From positions 704,908 to 768,907 of the forward strand of contig OZ246417.1 in the NCBI GenBank assembly GCA_965231105.1: a DNA stretch of 64,000 bases. Direction: 5' to 3'. The DNA is from an uncultured Candidatus Saccharibacteria bacterium (lineage in GTDB: Bacteria > Patescibacteriota > Saccharimonadia > Saccharimonadales > JACDBH01). Position 1 is the first letter of the stretch. Every line of letters starts with the position of its first letter. Below are positions 36,538 through 44,448 of this stretch, piece after piece. The position numbers and the translations under genes are program-made. Under the pieces are notes generated by a model. That model made no database searches and was not told where the DNA came from. It worked only from the letters and a program-made list of their open reading frames with translations.

Positions 36538-36921
36538 ATGAAAAAGTTAAGAATTGCTCTTATCGGACTTCTGACATTAACAAGTATATGGGGGCTTGCC
36601 CTCCCGGCTTCAGCGGAAACTGCCCAACAATCTGTTTGCGAAAGTATAGGACTTACACAGGGGGGCGGTGACTGCCAGACGACAGGAAATGGTCCATCTG
36701 TTGGCAGCCTTATTGCGACAATCGTACGCCTACTTGCTTGGGTGGCCGGTATCTTAGGGGTAGTCATGATGATTATAGGTTCTATGCGTTATATTACCTC
36801 TGGTGGAGATAGCAATAAGGTGTCAAACGCCAAGAATACCATCATGTATGCTCTTATCGGTCTTGCCATAGCTGCCTTATCGTTTGTTCTTGTAAGGTTT
36901 GTGCTCGGGTCTGTCTCCTAG
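36538..36921 (+). CDS. VirB2/TrbC-like pilin paralog 5
   Basis: Signal IALIGLLTLTSIWGLALPASA. Cys pair VCESIGLTQGGGDC. Hairpin MIIGSMRYITSGGDSNKVSNAKNTIMYALIGLAIAAL. Confidence 0.75.
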   Translation: MKKLRIALIGLLTLTSIWGLALPASAETAQQSVCESIGLTQGGGDCQTTGNGPSVGSLIATIVRLLAWVAGILGVVMMIIGSMRYITSGGDSNKVSNAKNTIMYALIGLAIAALSFVLVRFVLGSVS

Positions 36922-36953
36922 TAAATAGTACTTTTCTCCTCATTAAATAACTC

Positions 36954-36983
36954 TTGTATTTTCGTCTACAAAAGTGCTATAAA
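36954..36983 (+). promoter_or_regulatory. Candidate internal promoter ahead of pilin paralogs 6-7 (TTGTAT-18-TATAAA with TG extension)
   Basis: TTGTAT at 36954-36959. TGCTATAAA at 36975-36983. Lies in the only sizeable gap (93 nt) within the array. Confidence 0.3.
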
Positions 36984-37014
36984 TAAACGTAACTTATAAA
37001 CAAGGAATAAAACC

Positions 37015-37467
37015 ATGTTCAAAAAGATTAAAAACGTAATTTCCGCCCTTGTGGTTTCGTTATCACTCGCGGCACCTATTGCACTTGTAGCTGCTCCAAC
37101 ATCTGTAGGGGCAAGTGCGGTAACATCTGGTTTGTGTGAAGGTATCACCAGCGCTGAAAGTACAACAGGTGAAGGTGTGCGAGATGAAAGCTGTTTGAAC
37201 GATGCAGATAGCACCGGACGCGTAAACCGTATTATTCGTATCGTTATTAACCTTATTTCGTTGATTGTTGGTGTCGTATCAGTCATCATGATCATCATCG
37301 GTGGCTTCAAGTACATCACTTCTGGTGGTGACTCTGGTAATGTAACATCTGCCAAGAACACTATTATGTACGCCTTAATCGGTCTCGTAATTGTAGCTCT
37401 TGCTCAGCTCATTGTCCGCTTCGTACTTAACAGGACGGCCGGCGCTGCCGATCCTGCAGGTATCTAA
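37015..37467 (+). CDS. VirB2/TrbC-like pilin paralog 6
   Basis: Signal VISALVVSLSLAAPIALVAAP. Cys pair LCEGITSAESTTGEGVRDESC. Hairpin IIIGGFKYITSGGDSGNVTSAKNTIMYALIGLVIVALAQ. Confidence 0.8.
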   Translation: MFKKIKNVISALVVSLSLAAPIALVAAPTSVGASAVTSGLCEGITSAESTTGEGVRDESCLNDADSTGRVNRIIRIVINLISLIVGVVSVIMIIIGGFKYITSGGDSGNVTSAKNTIMYALIGLVIVALAQLIVRFVLNRTAGAADPAGI

Positions 37468-37889
37468 TGACGGCTAGCTTCATAGCAACAATTAAACGGA
37501 TAGGCATTAGCCTATCCGTTTTGTTCGCCCTTTTGATTCCAGCAGCTGTTCCAGCTGCCGTGCATGCTGCAGATGGTATTAGAGAAAATCTCTGTGCAGG
37601 TGCAAACCTTGATGTTAGTACAGACTGCTCGAGTGGTATTAGCGATCAGGAAGCTCAAGAACGTATTAACAGAATCATACGAAGCATCATCAACCTCTTC
37701 TCTCTCGTTGTGGGTGTAGTATCGGTTGTAATGATTATCATCGGTGGTTTGAAATACATTACTTCTGGGGGCGATTCTGGTAATGTGACAGGTGCTAAAA
37801 ACACGATCCTTTACGCAATAATTGGTATTGTTATCGTTGCCCTTGCACAGTTTATCGTTCGTTTTGTTCTTACGCGATTTGCTTCTTAA
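37467..37889 (+). CDS. VirB2/TrbC-like pilin paralog 7
   Basis: Signal ISLSVLFALLIPAAVPAAVHA. Cys pair LCAGANLDVSTDC. Hairpin IIIGGLKYITSGGDSGNVTGAKNTILYAIIGIVIVALAQ. TAATG overlap with paralog 6. Confidence 0.8.
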   Translation: MTASFIATIKRIGISLSVLFALLIPAAVPAAVHAADGIRENLCAGANLDVSTDCSSGISDQEAQERINRIIRSIINLFSLVVGVVSVVMIIIGGLKYITSGGDSGNVTGAKNTILYAIIGIVIVALAQFIVRFVLTRFAS

Positions 37890-37904
37890 GCAATATTAAG
37901 CCTA

Positions 37905-37939
37905 ATAAAAAACCGCTCTTTTGTTGGAGCGGTTTTTTA
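37905..37939. terminator. Bidirectional rho-independent terminator between the pilin array and hsp20
   Basis: AAAAAACCGCTC-ttttgttg-GAGCGGTTTTTT: perfect stem flanked by an A-run and a T-run. Confidence 0.8.
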
Positions 37940-37955
37940 CTTGCGAGAGAGTAAA

Positions 37956-38444
37956 CTACTGGATCTCGATCTTCTTAACAGTATCTTGCTTAACCTTTGC
38001 GAAGGAGATGGTTAATACCCCATCCTTTAACATAGCTTCAATCTCTTCTTCCTTTACCGGTACAGGCAGTGCAAGGCTGCGGCTGAATTCGCCCCAGTAG
38101 CATTCTTGTACAAAGTAGTTCTCGACATCATCTTCATTCCCTGCACTGAGCGTGCCACGAATGCTCAGTGTATTATCTGAGATACTTACATCTAGATCAT
38201 TCTTGTTAACACCCGCAGTGCGAGCCTTAACGACAAGCTTATCTTTTGTTTCATATACATCAACAGCGAGCTGGCCTGGAACTGGTTCTTCATCGTCCCA
38301 GTCGGCTGCGGTTGGTGTAGCGGTACCCTGCTGAGGATCAGCGGCAGGCGCAGCAGCTGGCGCGTTCATATCATCGTCGCCCAAAAAGGCGGCAGTCAGT
38401 TCATCTTCCATCAAGAGGTCATCATCCTGATTCCGTCTTGCCAT
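37956..38444 (-). CDS. Hsp20/alpha-crystallin family small heat-shock protein
   Basis: Alpha-crystallin core LAVDVYETKDKLVVKARTAGVNKNDLDVSI...GVLTISFAK. Acidic N-terminal region. Confidence 0.9.
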   Translation of the reverse strand: MARRNQDDDLLMEDELTAAFLGDDDMNAPAAAPAADPQQGTATPTAADWDDEEPVPGQLAVDVYETKDKLVVKARTAGVNKNDLDVSISDNTLSIRGTLSAGNEDDVENYFVQECYWGEFSRSLALPVPVKEEEIEAMLKDGVLTISFAKVKQDTVKKIEIQ

Positions 38445-38500
38445 TATAGGTTTCCCCTCCAGTAATTATCGATAAAGATTTGATTTTTTATCTTGCTCCT

Positions 38501-38529
38501 AGTATAGCTAGAGTTATATAGGTGTGCAA
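38501..38529 (-). promoter_or_regulatory. Candidate hsp20 promoter (TTGCAC-17-TATACT on the minus strand)
   Basis: Plus-strand gtgcaa 38524-38529 and agtata 38501-38506 with an exact 17-nt spacer. The downstream leader carries GGAGGGG before the ATG. Confidence 0.4.
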
Positions 38530-38567
38530 CGGTTTTGTACACTTATTCACAACATAATAAACACAAC

Positions 38568-39242
38568 ATGAGCATTATTGAACATTTATTGCGTTCACTC
38601 GCCCCCTATGACTGCATGGTTTGCGGTGACGAGGGTAATTTATTGTGCAAGGCATGTGTAAGTGAGCAACTCCCTCCTCTTGCCCCTCAATGTTATCGGT
38701 GCCAAAAACTATCTACGCATGCAAAAACATGCCAAGAATGTAGGAACTCTTCTGTACTCAGCCATGTCTTTGTGCGCTCCGACTATACGATGGTGGCGCG
38801 AAAACTTATACACGAGCTTAAATTCAGCTACGCACGTGATTCCGCCAAAGTAATAGCAGAAGAAATTGCGTTTATGTTGCCGCGGCTGAAGTCTGACACA
38901 ATCATTACTCATATTCCAACTGTGACCTCGCACGTGCGTGAACGTGGGTTTGACCATGCCACCTTGATTGCACAGGAGCTAGCACGAAAAACGGGGCTAC
39001 CTCATATCAATACGCTTGCCCGCATAGGACAGCTGCGTCAGGTAGGGGCATCACGAGACACTCGTGTCTCTCAGGTAGATACGACATTTCGTCCCCTATC
39101 ACCTTTTGCTATCGTGGGTTCGCATATTTTACTCATTGACGATGTATTAACTACGGGTTCGACTCTAGAAGCGGCTGCTCGTGTACTTAAGGCTACGGGT
39201 GCAAAACAAGTCTATGGAGCGGTTTTTACGCAAGTAGTGTGA
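38568..39242 (+). CDS. comF: ComF-family protein (competence-associated phosphoribosyltransferase-like)
   Basis: N-terminal double Cys pairs CMVCG...CKAC and CYRC...C..C. PRT motif ILLIDDVLTTGSTL. ATG 38568 preferred over the TTG at 38535. Confidence 0.8.
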   Translation: MSIIEHLLRSLAPYDCMVCGDEGNLLCKACVSEQLPPLAPQCYRCQKLSTHAKTCQECRNSSVLSHVFVRSDYTMVARKLIHELKFSYARDSAKVIAEEIAFMLPRLKSDTIITHIPTVTSHVRERGFDHATLIAQELARKTGLPHINTLARIGQLRQVGASRDTRVSQVDTTFRPLSPFAIVGSHILLIDDVLTTGSTLEAAARVLKATGAKQVYGAVFTQVV

Positions 39243-39268
39243 GCTTTAGTGTGATATGATGACCAGGT

Positions 39269-40753
39269 ATGTTGCTTTGGGAAAAAATACGGGGTTATAA
39301 CCTCGAGATAGTTAACTTTGTCGTTGGTGCGGCCGTACTTGCTTTTGAGCTAACGGCAGCTCGTATTGCAACGCCATATATTGGAAATACTGTTTATACC
39401 TGGACGAGCATCATCGGCGTTATATTAGCGGCACTAGCTCTGGGATACTGGATAGGTGGTAAGCTGGCGGATGCTCGTAAACTCGCTTCTGATGTCGTTG
39501 CCTTGCTGCTGCTTGCCGCAGCCTGGCTACTGATTATAAGTATCGTAAAAGATGGTGTGCTCAGATCCCTTACGGATAATAATTTCCCCTTACAAATACA
39601 AGCACTTTTCATAGCAACTATACTCTTTGCTCTTCCTACCCTTCTCCTTGGTGCGGTCTCCCCATACCTTACCCGCTTAAGCCTTAAGGATCTCAAAACC
39701 AGTGGTCAGCGAGTGGCGCGCATGAGCGCTTGGGGTACTGTCGGATCGTTGTTTGGTACATTTGCAACCGGGTACGTATTATTTGGGTACTTAGGAACGA
39801 AACGCATCCTTTTTTTACTCGTGCTAGTACTTGTGGTGATTAGTTTTGTGCTAACCCAAAGAGACTATTTGCTTTATCGCTTGTTGCTCACTGTCGCGGC
39901 AATCCTATCCATTATTGTTGCGACACCTCTTCCGGTAAAAGGTTTAGTGCAGGATGTTGATACCCACTATGCACGTGTGGTGGTGAGAGATGTGCAGTTA
40001 GGAAATCGCCCGTTGCGGGTACTGCAAACCGATGGAGACTTTTTTCAGTCTGGTGTTTTTAAAGATGACACAAAAGAGCTCGCTTTTGGCTACACGAGAG
40101 CGCTTTCTTTTATATCCAAGCTGCGTCCGAACGCAACACGGCAGCTCGTTGTTGGGGGCGGGGCTTTTACGCTACCCGAACAATTAGCGCGAGCCTACCC
40201 TGCCAGTACGATTGATACGGTTGAAATTGATGAAGATCTTATTGAATTGAGCAAGAAGTATTTTAATTTTGAACAGCCCGACAACCTCAAAATTTTTAGC
40301 GAAGATGGACGAGCCTTCCTCAATCGGAGCGATACACAGTATGACCTCGTCTATATGGACGCATACGGTTCCTTGCTCCCGCCCTTCCAGTTATTTACCC
40401 AGGAGGCGGTTGCTCAAATAGGAAGGCATTTATCTGAGGACGGAATTGCTGCAGCTAATATTATTAGCCCCACCAATAATGAACCCATACAATCTATTGC
40501 CAAAACATATGGAACTGTATTTAAGCATGTGGTCATTTTTCCCGTAGGACCTGACGTATCTCCTGAAAGAAATCAGAACCTTATCCTTGTCGCCTCTAAT
40601 AGCAAATTAACTCCCGAAGATTTGCTCAGTGCCGCACAAACTGAAGAAGAGAAACGGTTTGTGAGTGGTTTATTTACTCTTTCCGACGATAAGGGTTTGG
40701 TTATGACAGACGATTTTGCTCCCTTAGAACGTTTTTCAAGCGCTAATCTATAA
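39269..40753 (+). CDS. Fused polytopic membrane domain + spermidine synthase-like (class I MTase fold) protein
   Basis: N-terminal half has about 7 TM spans. C-terminal LVVGGGAFTLPE...TVEIDEDL...YDLVYMDAY matches the spermidine-synthase-type fold. Confidence 0.7.
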   Translation: MLLWEKIRGYNLEIVNFVVGAAVLAFELTAARIATPYIGNTVYTWTSIIGVILAALALGYWIGGKLADARKLASDVVALLLLAAAWLLIISIVKDGVLRSLTDNNFPLQIQALFIATILFALPTLLLGAVSPYLTRLSLKDLKTSGQRVARMSAWGTVGSLFGTFATGYVLFGYLGTKRILFLLVLVLVVISFVLTQRDYLLYRLLLTVAAILSIIVATPLPVKGLVQDVDTHYARVVVRDVQLGNRPLRVLQTDGDFFQSGVFKDDTKELAFGYTRALSFISKLRPNATRQLVVGGGAFTLPEQLARAYPASTIDTVEIDEDLIELSKKYFNFEQPDNLKIFSEDGRAFLNRSDTQYDLVYMDAYGSLLPPFQLFTQEAVAQIGRHLSEDGIAAANIISPTNNEPIQSIAKTYGTVFKHVVIFPVGPDVSPERNQNLILVASNSKLTPEDLLSAAQTEEEKRFVSGLFTLSDDKGLVMTDDFAPLERFSSANL

Positions 40754-40834
40754 CGACTTTGTTCCTAAGGTGATAACTGCTATAATCTTCCCTGTTGTGT
40801 AGCCCTATGTGCAAGGGGTTGCCAGTCACGATAC

Positions 40835-40927
40835 GGAGAGGTACCCAAGAGGCTGAAGGGGTCGGTTTGCTAAATCGATAGGGGGGAGCAATCCCCCGCG
40901 AGGGTTCAAATCCCTCCCTCTCCGCCA
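40835..40927 (+). tRNA. tRNA-Ser (anticodon GCU)
   Basis: Hand-folded. Acceptor GGAGAGG/CCTCTCC, anticodon stem TCGGT/ATCGA, loop TTGCTAA, long variable arm, T-arm GAGGG-TTCAAAT-CCCTC, encoded CCA. Confidence 0.85.
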
Positions 40928-41280
40928 CGGCTTAGCTCGATCTTATATTCATCTTTCGGTTTTATAGATCTTCGACCGCTTAAGCATTCTTTTATTAAGT
41001 ATTCAGTACCATTGGGCATATAGATATATAGCCAGTCATAGGCATTTGTTTTTGTTTTCTTTATCATATATCCAGTTGAATTGGAGTGGATTCTTCTGAG
41101 TTCAACTTCGGAGGTGCCACTATATCTGACCTGAACTCGGTATAGCTTATTGCCATCATCAACAATAACATCGTAAGCGGCAGATTCCGTTATGGGAAGT
41201 GAGACATCATATCCCATTTTAGTGAATCGTGCTATAGACTGGGAAACGGCTATATCGCCCTTACGCTGTGTGTCACGCAT
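40906..41280 (-). CDS. PD-(D/E)XK-type endonuclease (group I intron-associated endonuclease family-like)
   Basis: MRDTQRKGDIAVSQSIARFTKMGYDVSLPI...YDVIVDDGNKLYRVQVR matches the KGD...YD...(E/Q)VK layout of that family. The 3' end overlaps tRNA-Ser(GCU) by 22 nt on the opposite strand. Confidence 0.55.
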   Translation of the reverse strand: MRDTQRKGDIAVSQSIARFTKMGYDVSLPITESAAYDVIVDDGNKLYRVQVRYSGTSEVELRRIHSNSTGYMIKKTKTNAYDWLYIYMPNGTEYLIKECLSGRRSIKPKDEYKIELSRGGEGGI

Positions 41281-41341
41281 TAAGAATAAATATAGCACGG
41301 TATGCAATACCGCAAGAATATATGCTACAATTCTCCCTAAC

Positions 41342-41431
41342 GGAGAGATGGCCGAGTGGTTGAAGGCACTAGTCTTGAAAACTGGCGTGCCGGCAACGGT
41401 ACCGTGGGTTCGAATCCCACTCTCTCCGCCA
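41342..41431 (+). tRNA. tRNA-Ser (anticodon UGA)
   Basis: Acceptor GGAGAGA/TCTCTCC, D-arm GCCGAGTGGTTGAAGGC, anticodon stem CTAGT/ACTGG, loop CTTGAAA, long variable arm, GGTTCGAATCC T-loop, encoded CCA. Confidence 0.9.
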
Positions 41432-41503
41432 TAATTTAGGTTCTATACTCACTAAATATTGCTGCACCTGTACCTAAAGGTGGGAAGTTGGTACAATACG
41501 CTT

Positions 41504-42079
41504 ATGCAAGATGAGAAAGAGCCAGAGGCGGGTTGGGTATTTAAGCCTGGCGAAGAGAATGAGGGTGCCCCCATCCCTGCTAATAGTGAAGGTTCAAAGA
41601 GGTCAAAAGGCTCTTCGGAAAAAGCTCTTGTCTCCTGGTCTGCTTCTGAATACATAGCAAATCCTAAAAATATGGAGTGGTTTGTACTCCTTGGCCTCGC
41701 TACTATTGCTGTAGCGGCCATTGTTTATTTCATTACCTATGAGATTATCTCGGTGGTTATTATCATCATGCTTGGTATCACAGTAGGTATTTTTGCAGCC
41801 CGCCAGCCAAATACGCTCGAGTATCATATAGACAGGGGTGGCATCCACATCGGTCCAAAGTTTTATCCGTTTGGAGCATTTAAATCATTTTCGGTGGCCC
41901 AGGAAGGTGCTTTTAGCTCCATTTCCCTGCTCCCTCTTAAGCGCTTTATGCCGCCGATTACTATTCACTACGCTCCCACGGACGAGGGGAAGATAGTAGA
42001 TGCGCTTGCCGCTTCGCTTCCGTTCGAACAGCATAGGCGGGACATTGTCGATAGCCTTAGCCGCCGGTTGCGTTTCTAA
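41504..42079 (+). CDS. Membrane protein: two TM helices followed by a possible bacterial PH-like domain
   Basis: WFVLLGLATIAVAAIVYFI and VVIIIMLGITVGIFAA helices, then LEYHIDRGGIHIGPKFYPFGAFKSFSV. The assignment is weak. Confidence 0.5.
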   Translation: MQDEKEPEAGWVFKPGEENEGAPIPANSEGSKRSKGSSEKALVSWSASEYIANPKNMEWFVLLGLATIAVAAIVYFITYEIISVVIIIMLGITVGIFAARQPNTLEYHIDRGGIHIGPKFYPFGAFKSFSVAQEGAFSSISLLPLKRFMPPITIHYAPTDEGKIVDALAASLPFEQHRRDIVDSLSRRLRF

Positions 42080-42126
42080 GACTAGCCATAACACCTTATA
42101 TCTGGTACAATCTCCCCTGTTCTTTT

Positions 42127-42205
<79 letters not shown>

Positions 42206-42331
42206 TTTCAATGTGTCGGACTATATTAGTTCTAGCCTTTGTGAAAAAGACGAAGCCGTGCAGCGTTATTTGCGTTTTTGATGTAAATAACGTATAGTAA
42301 TTCACACTAAGGGTGGCTGTATAAGGGAAAT

Positions 42332-42637
42332 ATGAGTAAAGATAAAAGTCCTGAAACCCGTGCCTCCTACTCTCCAATTATGAGCGCATCAAGTACCTAT
42401 CATGAAGAATATGGGGCTGAATGTTCGCCGGTACAATGGGAGCAAGAAACTTCTGTAGTGGATCGAATGAATTTTGCAGCGGTCTATGGGTTCTTGTCAC
42501 CAAGGCAGGCAGCAGCAGTAGAAACAGCAATCCAAATGGCTCGTTTTTCCGAAGACCCAATTCCGCCGCTAGCAGTAGGTTTTCAGGCAGATATACTTTT
42601 CGATGACCCTGCATTTAGGCCTGAACTAGCAGAATAA
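42332..42637 (+). CDS. Hypothetical protein (101 aa)
   Basis: ATG preceded by AAGGGA. No recognisable domain. Confidence 0.45.
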   Translation: MSKDKSPETRASYSPIMSASSTYHEEYGAECSPVQWEQETSVVDRMNFAAVYGFLSPRQAAAVETAIQMARFSEDPIPPLAVGFQADILFDDPAFRPELAE

Positions 42638-42675
42638 TTTTTGATTTTGTCACACACTGTCTATTTTGAATATAC

Positions 42676-42700
42676 AAAGCCCGTTCGGAGGCTTTTTATT
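42676..42700. terminator. Candidate bidirectional terminator between convergent genes
   Basis: AAAGCC-cgttcgga-GGCTTT followed by TTATTT. Confidence 0.45.
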
Positions 42701-42706
42701 TGTACG

Positions 42707-44275
42707 CTACTCAGTGGGTAGATTATATAAGTACGCGAACCAGTTTTCATCGGCATATGAGCGAATAGGCGCACCAAAAATATTGTTCGCACGATCCTGT
42801 ACTTCTGGCTGGTGCGCGCTATCAACTATAAGCAACGCCTCTTTAAAACCACCCTTACTTAAGTGTGGTAGAGAGTTAACAGTATTCTCAACCGGCACTT
42901 CGGCAGCATAGTAATACTGGGAGTTCTGCCCTTTTGCACTAAATAGTTCAGACATATAATATGAGCCCCAACTAAAGTGAATAAGCGCGGTATCTATACT
43001 TTGGTTTTCGCTCAGCACCTTCTGCACGAGTCTATCTTTTGCGGGGTTGCTACCGGGTCTAATACTGGCGCTCGGGAGTCGTATTAATACAGACGCCCAA
43101 TAGAGTGAGGTTACGATAAGGAGGCTTATTACTATCTTTAGTGATAAACGGCTTAATACTAAGGCAAGCGCTGCAATGAGAAAGGTAGCGGCAAGAACAA
43201 GATGATGAGTAGCCCACCCTTTTGAATAGATGGCAAAGACTAAAACAGAAAGAAAGCTAAGTGCGAGAAAGAGAGGCCTTCTATCTCTTAAGCGGTGTTT
43301 AGACCTAATCCACCACGTTCCAAGGCCTACGGTAAGAATCAGGGGCAAGAAATCTATTACTCCTCTTTTTACAACTACCGCTACAGATGTCGTATAGCTA
43401 CCATTCCAGAGGAGGTAAGCGAGATCCGTAAAAGTCTTCCAGGCTTCGCTAAGATTGTGTACCCGAAGATTCATCTCGGCGAGGTATTGCATATATGTTT
43501 GGCCATCTCGATCGACAGAGAGTAGTAAAAGAATTGCCAAAGGGGCAAACCCTACAAGATACATCACTGCAGGCTTAATACCCTTTAGAATGCTCTCCTT
43601 AAATTCCTCGCCTCGGGCATAGAAACGCAGGGCTATATAAAGCATTATTGCAGGGAGCCACCAGTAAAAGACCGGCTTAGTCCAAAATCCTAAGAAGCTT
43701 ATAAAACCAGCAAGCGCAAAATAGCCGTACGACTGCGCGGTTTGTTTTGCCTCAAAGCCCCGTCTGATAAGTAAGAGCGCACTCAATAAAGAAATGATAC
43801 TCAAAGCCACCGGTCCGGTATCTATGATGAAAGAAAAGGTAAAAAATGGAAAGATAAGGGATGCGACCAGTACGTAGAGGATCCGAGCTCTGAGTAGTCT
43901 CGCCATGAGAAAGATGGCTACTAATAAGAAAGCGAGTCCCTGAATGCGTATACTCACGGGAGAATAAATAAAGAACCAAAAAGGCGCATACAGAAGGCCG
44001 GGCAGGCTGCCCACATAACCATAAGAACGAAGTGGGAGGGCCTGACTAGTCCCGGGAAGAAAAAGATCATATTTATCGCAACTTTCCCACTGATATTGAG
44101 AAAGTTCTGCTGGCACTGCTTCCGGGTGAAAGACGCACCCAAGCTGATGGTGGGCTAAAAACTCGTCGTCACTATAAGGTAAACGGGAGGGAGTGAGGAC
44201 TGCTATGCCAATCAAACCAAAAATTATAAGGCAAACTAATACTCGCTGTGTGGTTAGAAATCTCCACCTATTCAT
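42707..44275 (-). CDS. Polytopic membrane protein, probable GT-C fold glycosyltransferase (ArnT/PMT-like)
   Basis: More than 10 hydrophobic spans. Acidic motif YSDDEF in the first predicted external loop. Soluble C-terminal domain of about 100 aa. Confidence 0.45.
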   Translation of the reverse strand: MNRWRFLTTQRVLVCLIIFGLIGIAVLTPSRLPYSDDEFLAHHQLGCVFHPEAVPAELSQYQWESCDKYDLFLPGTSQALPLRSYGYVGSLPGLLYAPFWFFIYSPVSIRIQGLAFLLVAIFLMARLLRARILYVLVASLIFPFFTFSFIIDTGPVALSIISLLSALLLIRRGFEAKQTAQSYGYFALAGFISFLGFWTKPVFYWWLPAIMLYIALRFYARGEEFKESILKGIKPAVMYLVGFAPLAILLLLSVDRDGQTYMQYLAEMNLRVHNLSEAWKTFTDLAYLLWNGSYTTSVAVVVKRGVIDFLPLILTVGLGTWWIRSKHRLRDRRPLFLALSFLSVLVFAIYSKGWATHHLVLAATFLIAALALVLSRLSLKIVISLLIVTSLYWASVLIRLPSASIRPGSNPAKDRLVQKVLSENQSIDTALIHFSWGSYYMSELFSAKGQNSQYYYAAEVPVENTVNSLPHLSKGGFKEALLIVDSAHQPEVQDRANNIFGAPIRSYADENWFAYLYNLPTE

Positions 44276-44353
44276 TTAGAGTCTATAATACCACTGAATG
44301 ACACTCGAGAACTTGTCTTACAGATAAGGTAATTTGTAAAATAGTTCGTATAC

Positions 44354-44444
44354 GGAAGGGTCGCATAGTTGGTCTAGTGCGCTGCACTCGAAATGCAGTA
44401 TATCGGCAACGGTATCGAGAGTTCGAATCTCTCCCCTTCCGCCA
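44354..44444 (+). tRNA. tRNA-Ser (anticodon CGA)
   Basis: Acceptor GGAAGGG/CCCTTCC, anticodon stem CTGCA/TGCAG, loop CTCGAAA, long variable arm, T-arm GAGAG-TTCGAAT-CTCTC, encoded CCA. Confidence 0.85.
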
Positions 44445-44448
44445 CGAG

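Larger units (their letters stand above)
21995..37889. other. Type IV secretion-like locus: minus-strand operon (34772 to 21995) plus divergent seven-gene pilin array (34870 to 37889)
   Basis: See the individual genes. No VirD4, VirB11, relaxase or integrase ORF is present inside or adjacent to the locus. Confidence 0.75.

Noticed and set aside
36966-37361. 131-aa minus-strand ORF opposite pilin paralog 6
   Set aside because: It mirrors the hydrophobic pilin coding sequence. The plus-strand product has the conserved pilin hairpin shared with six paralogs, so the plus frame is the real one.
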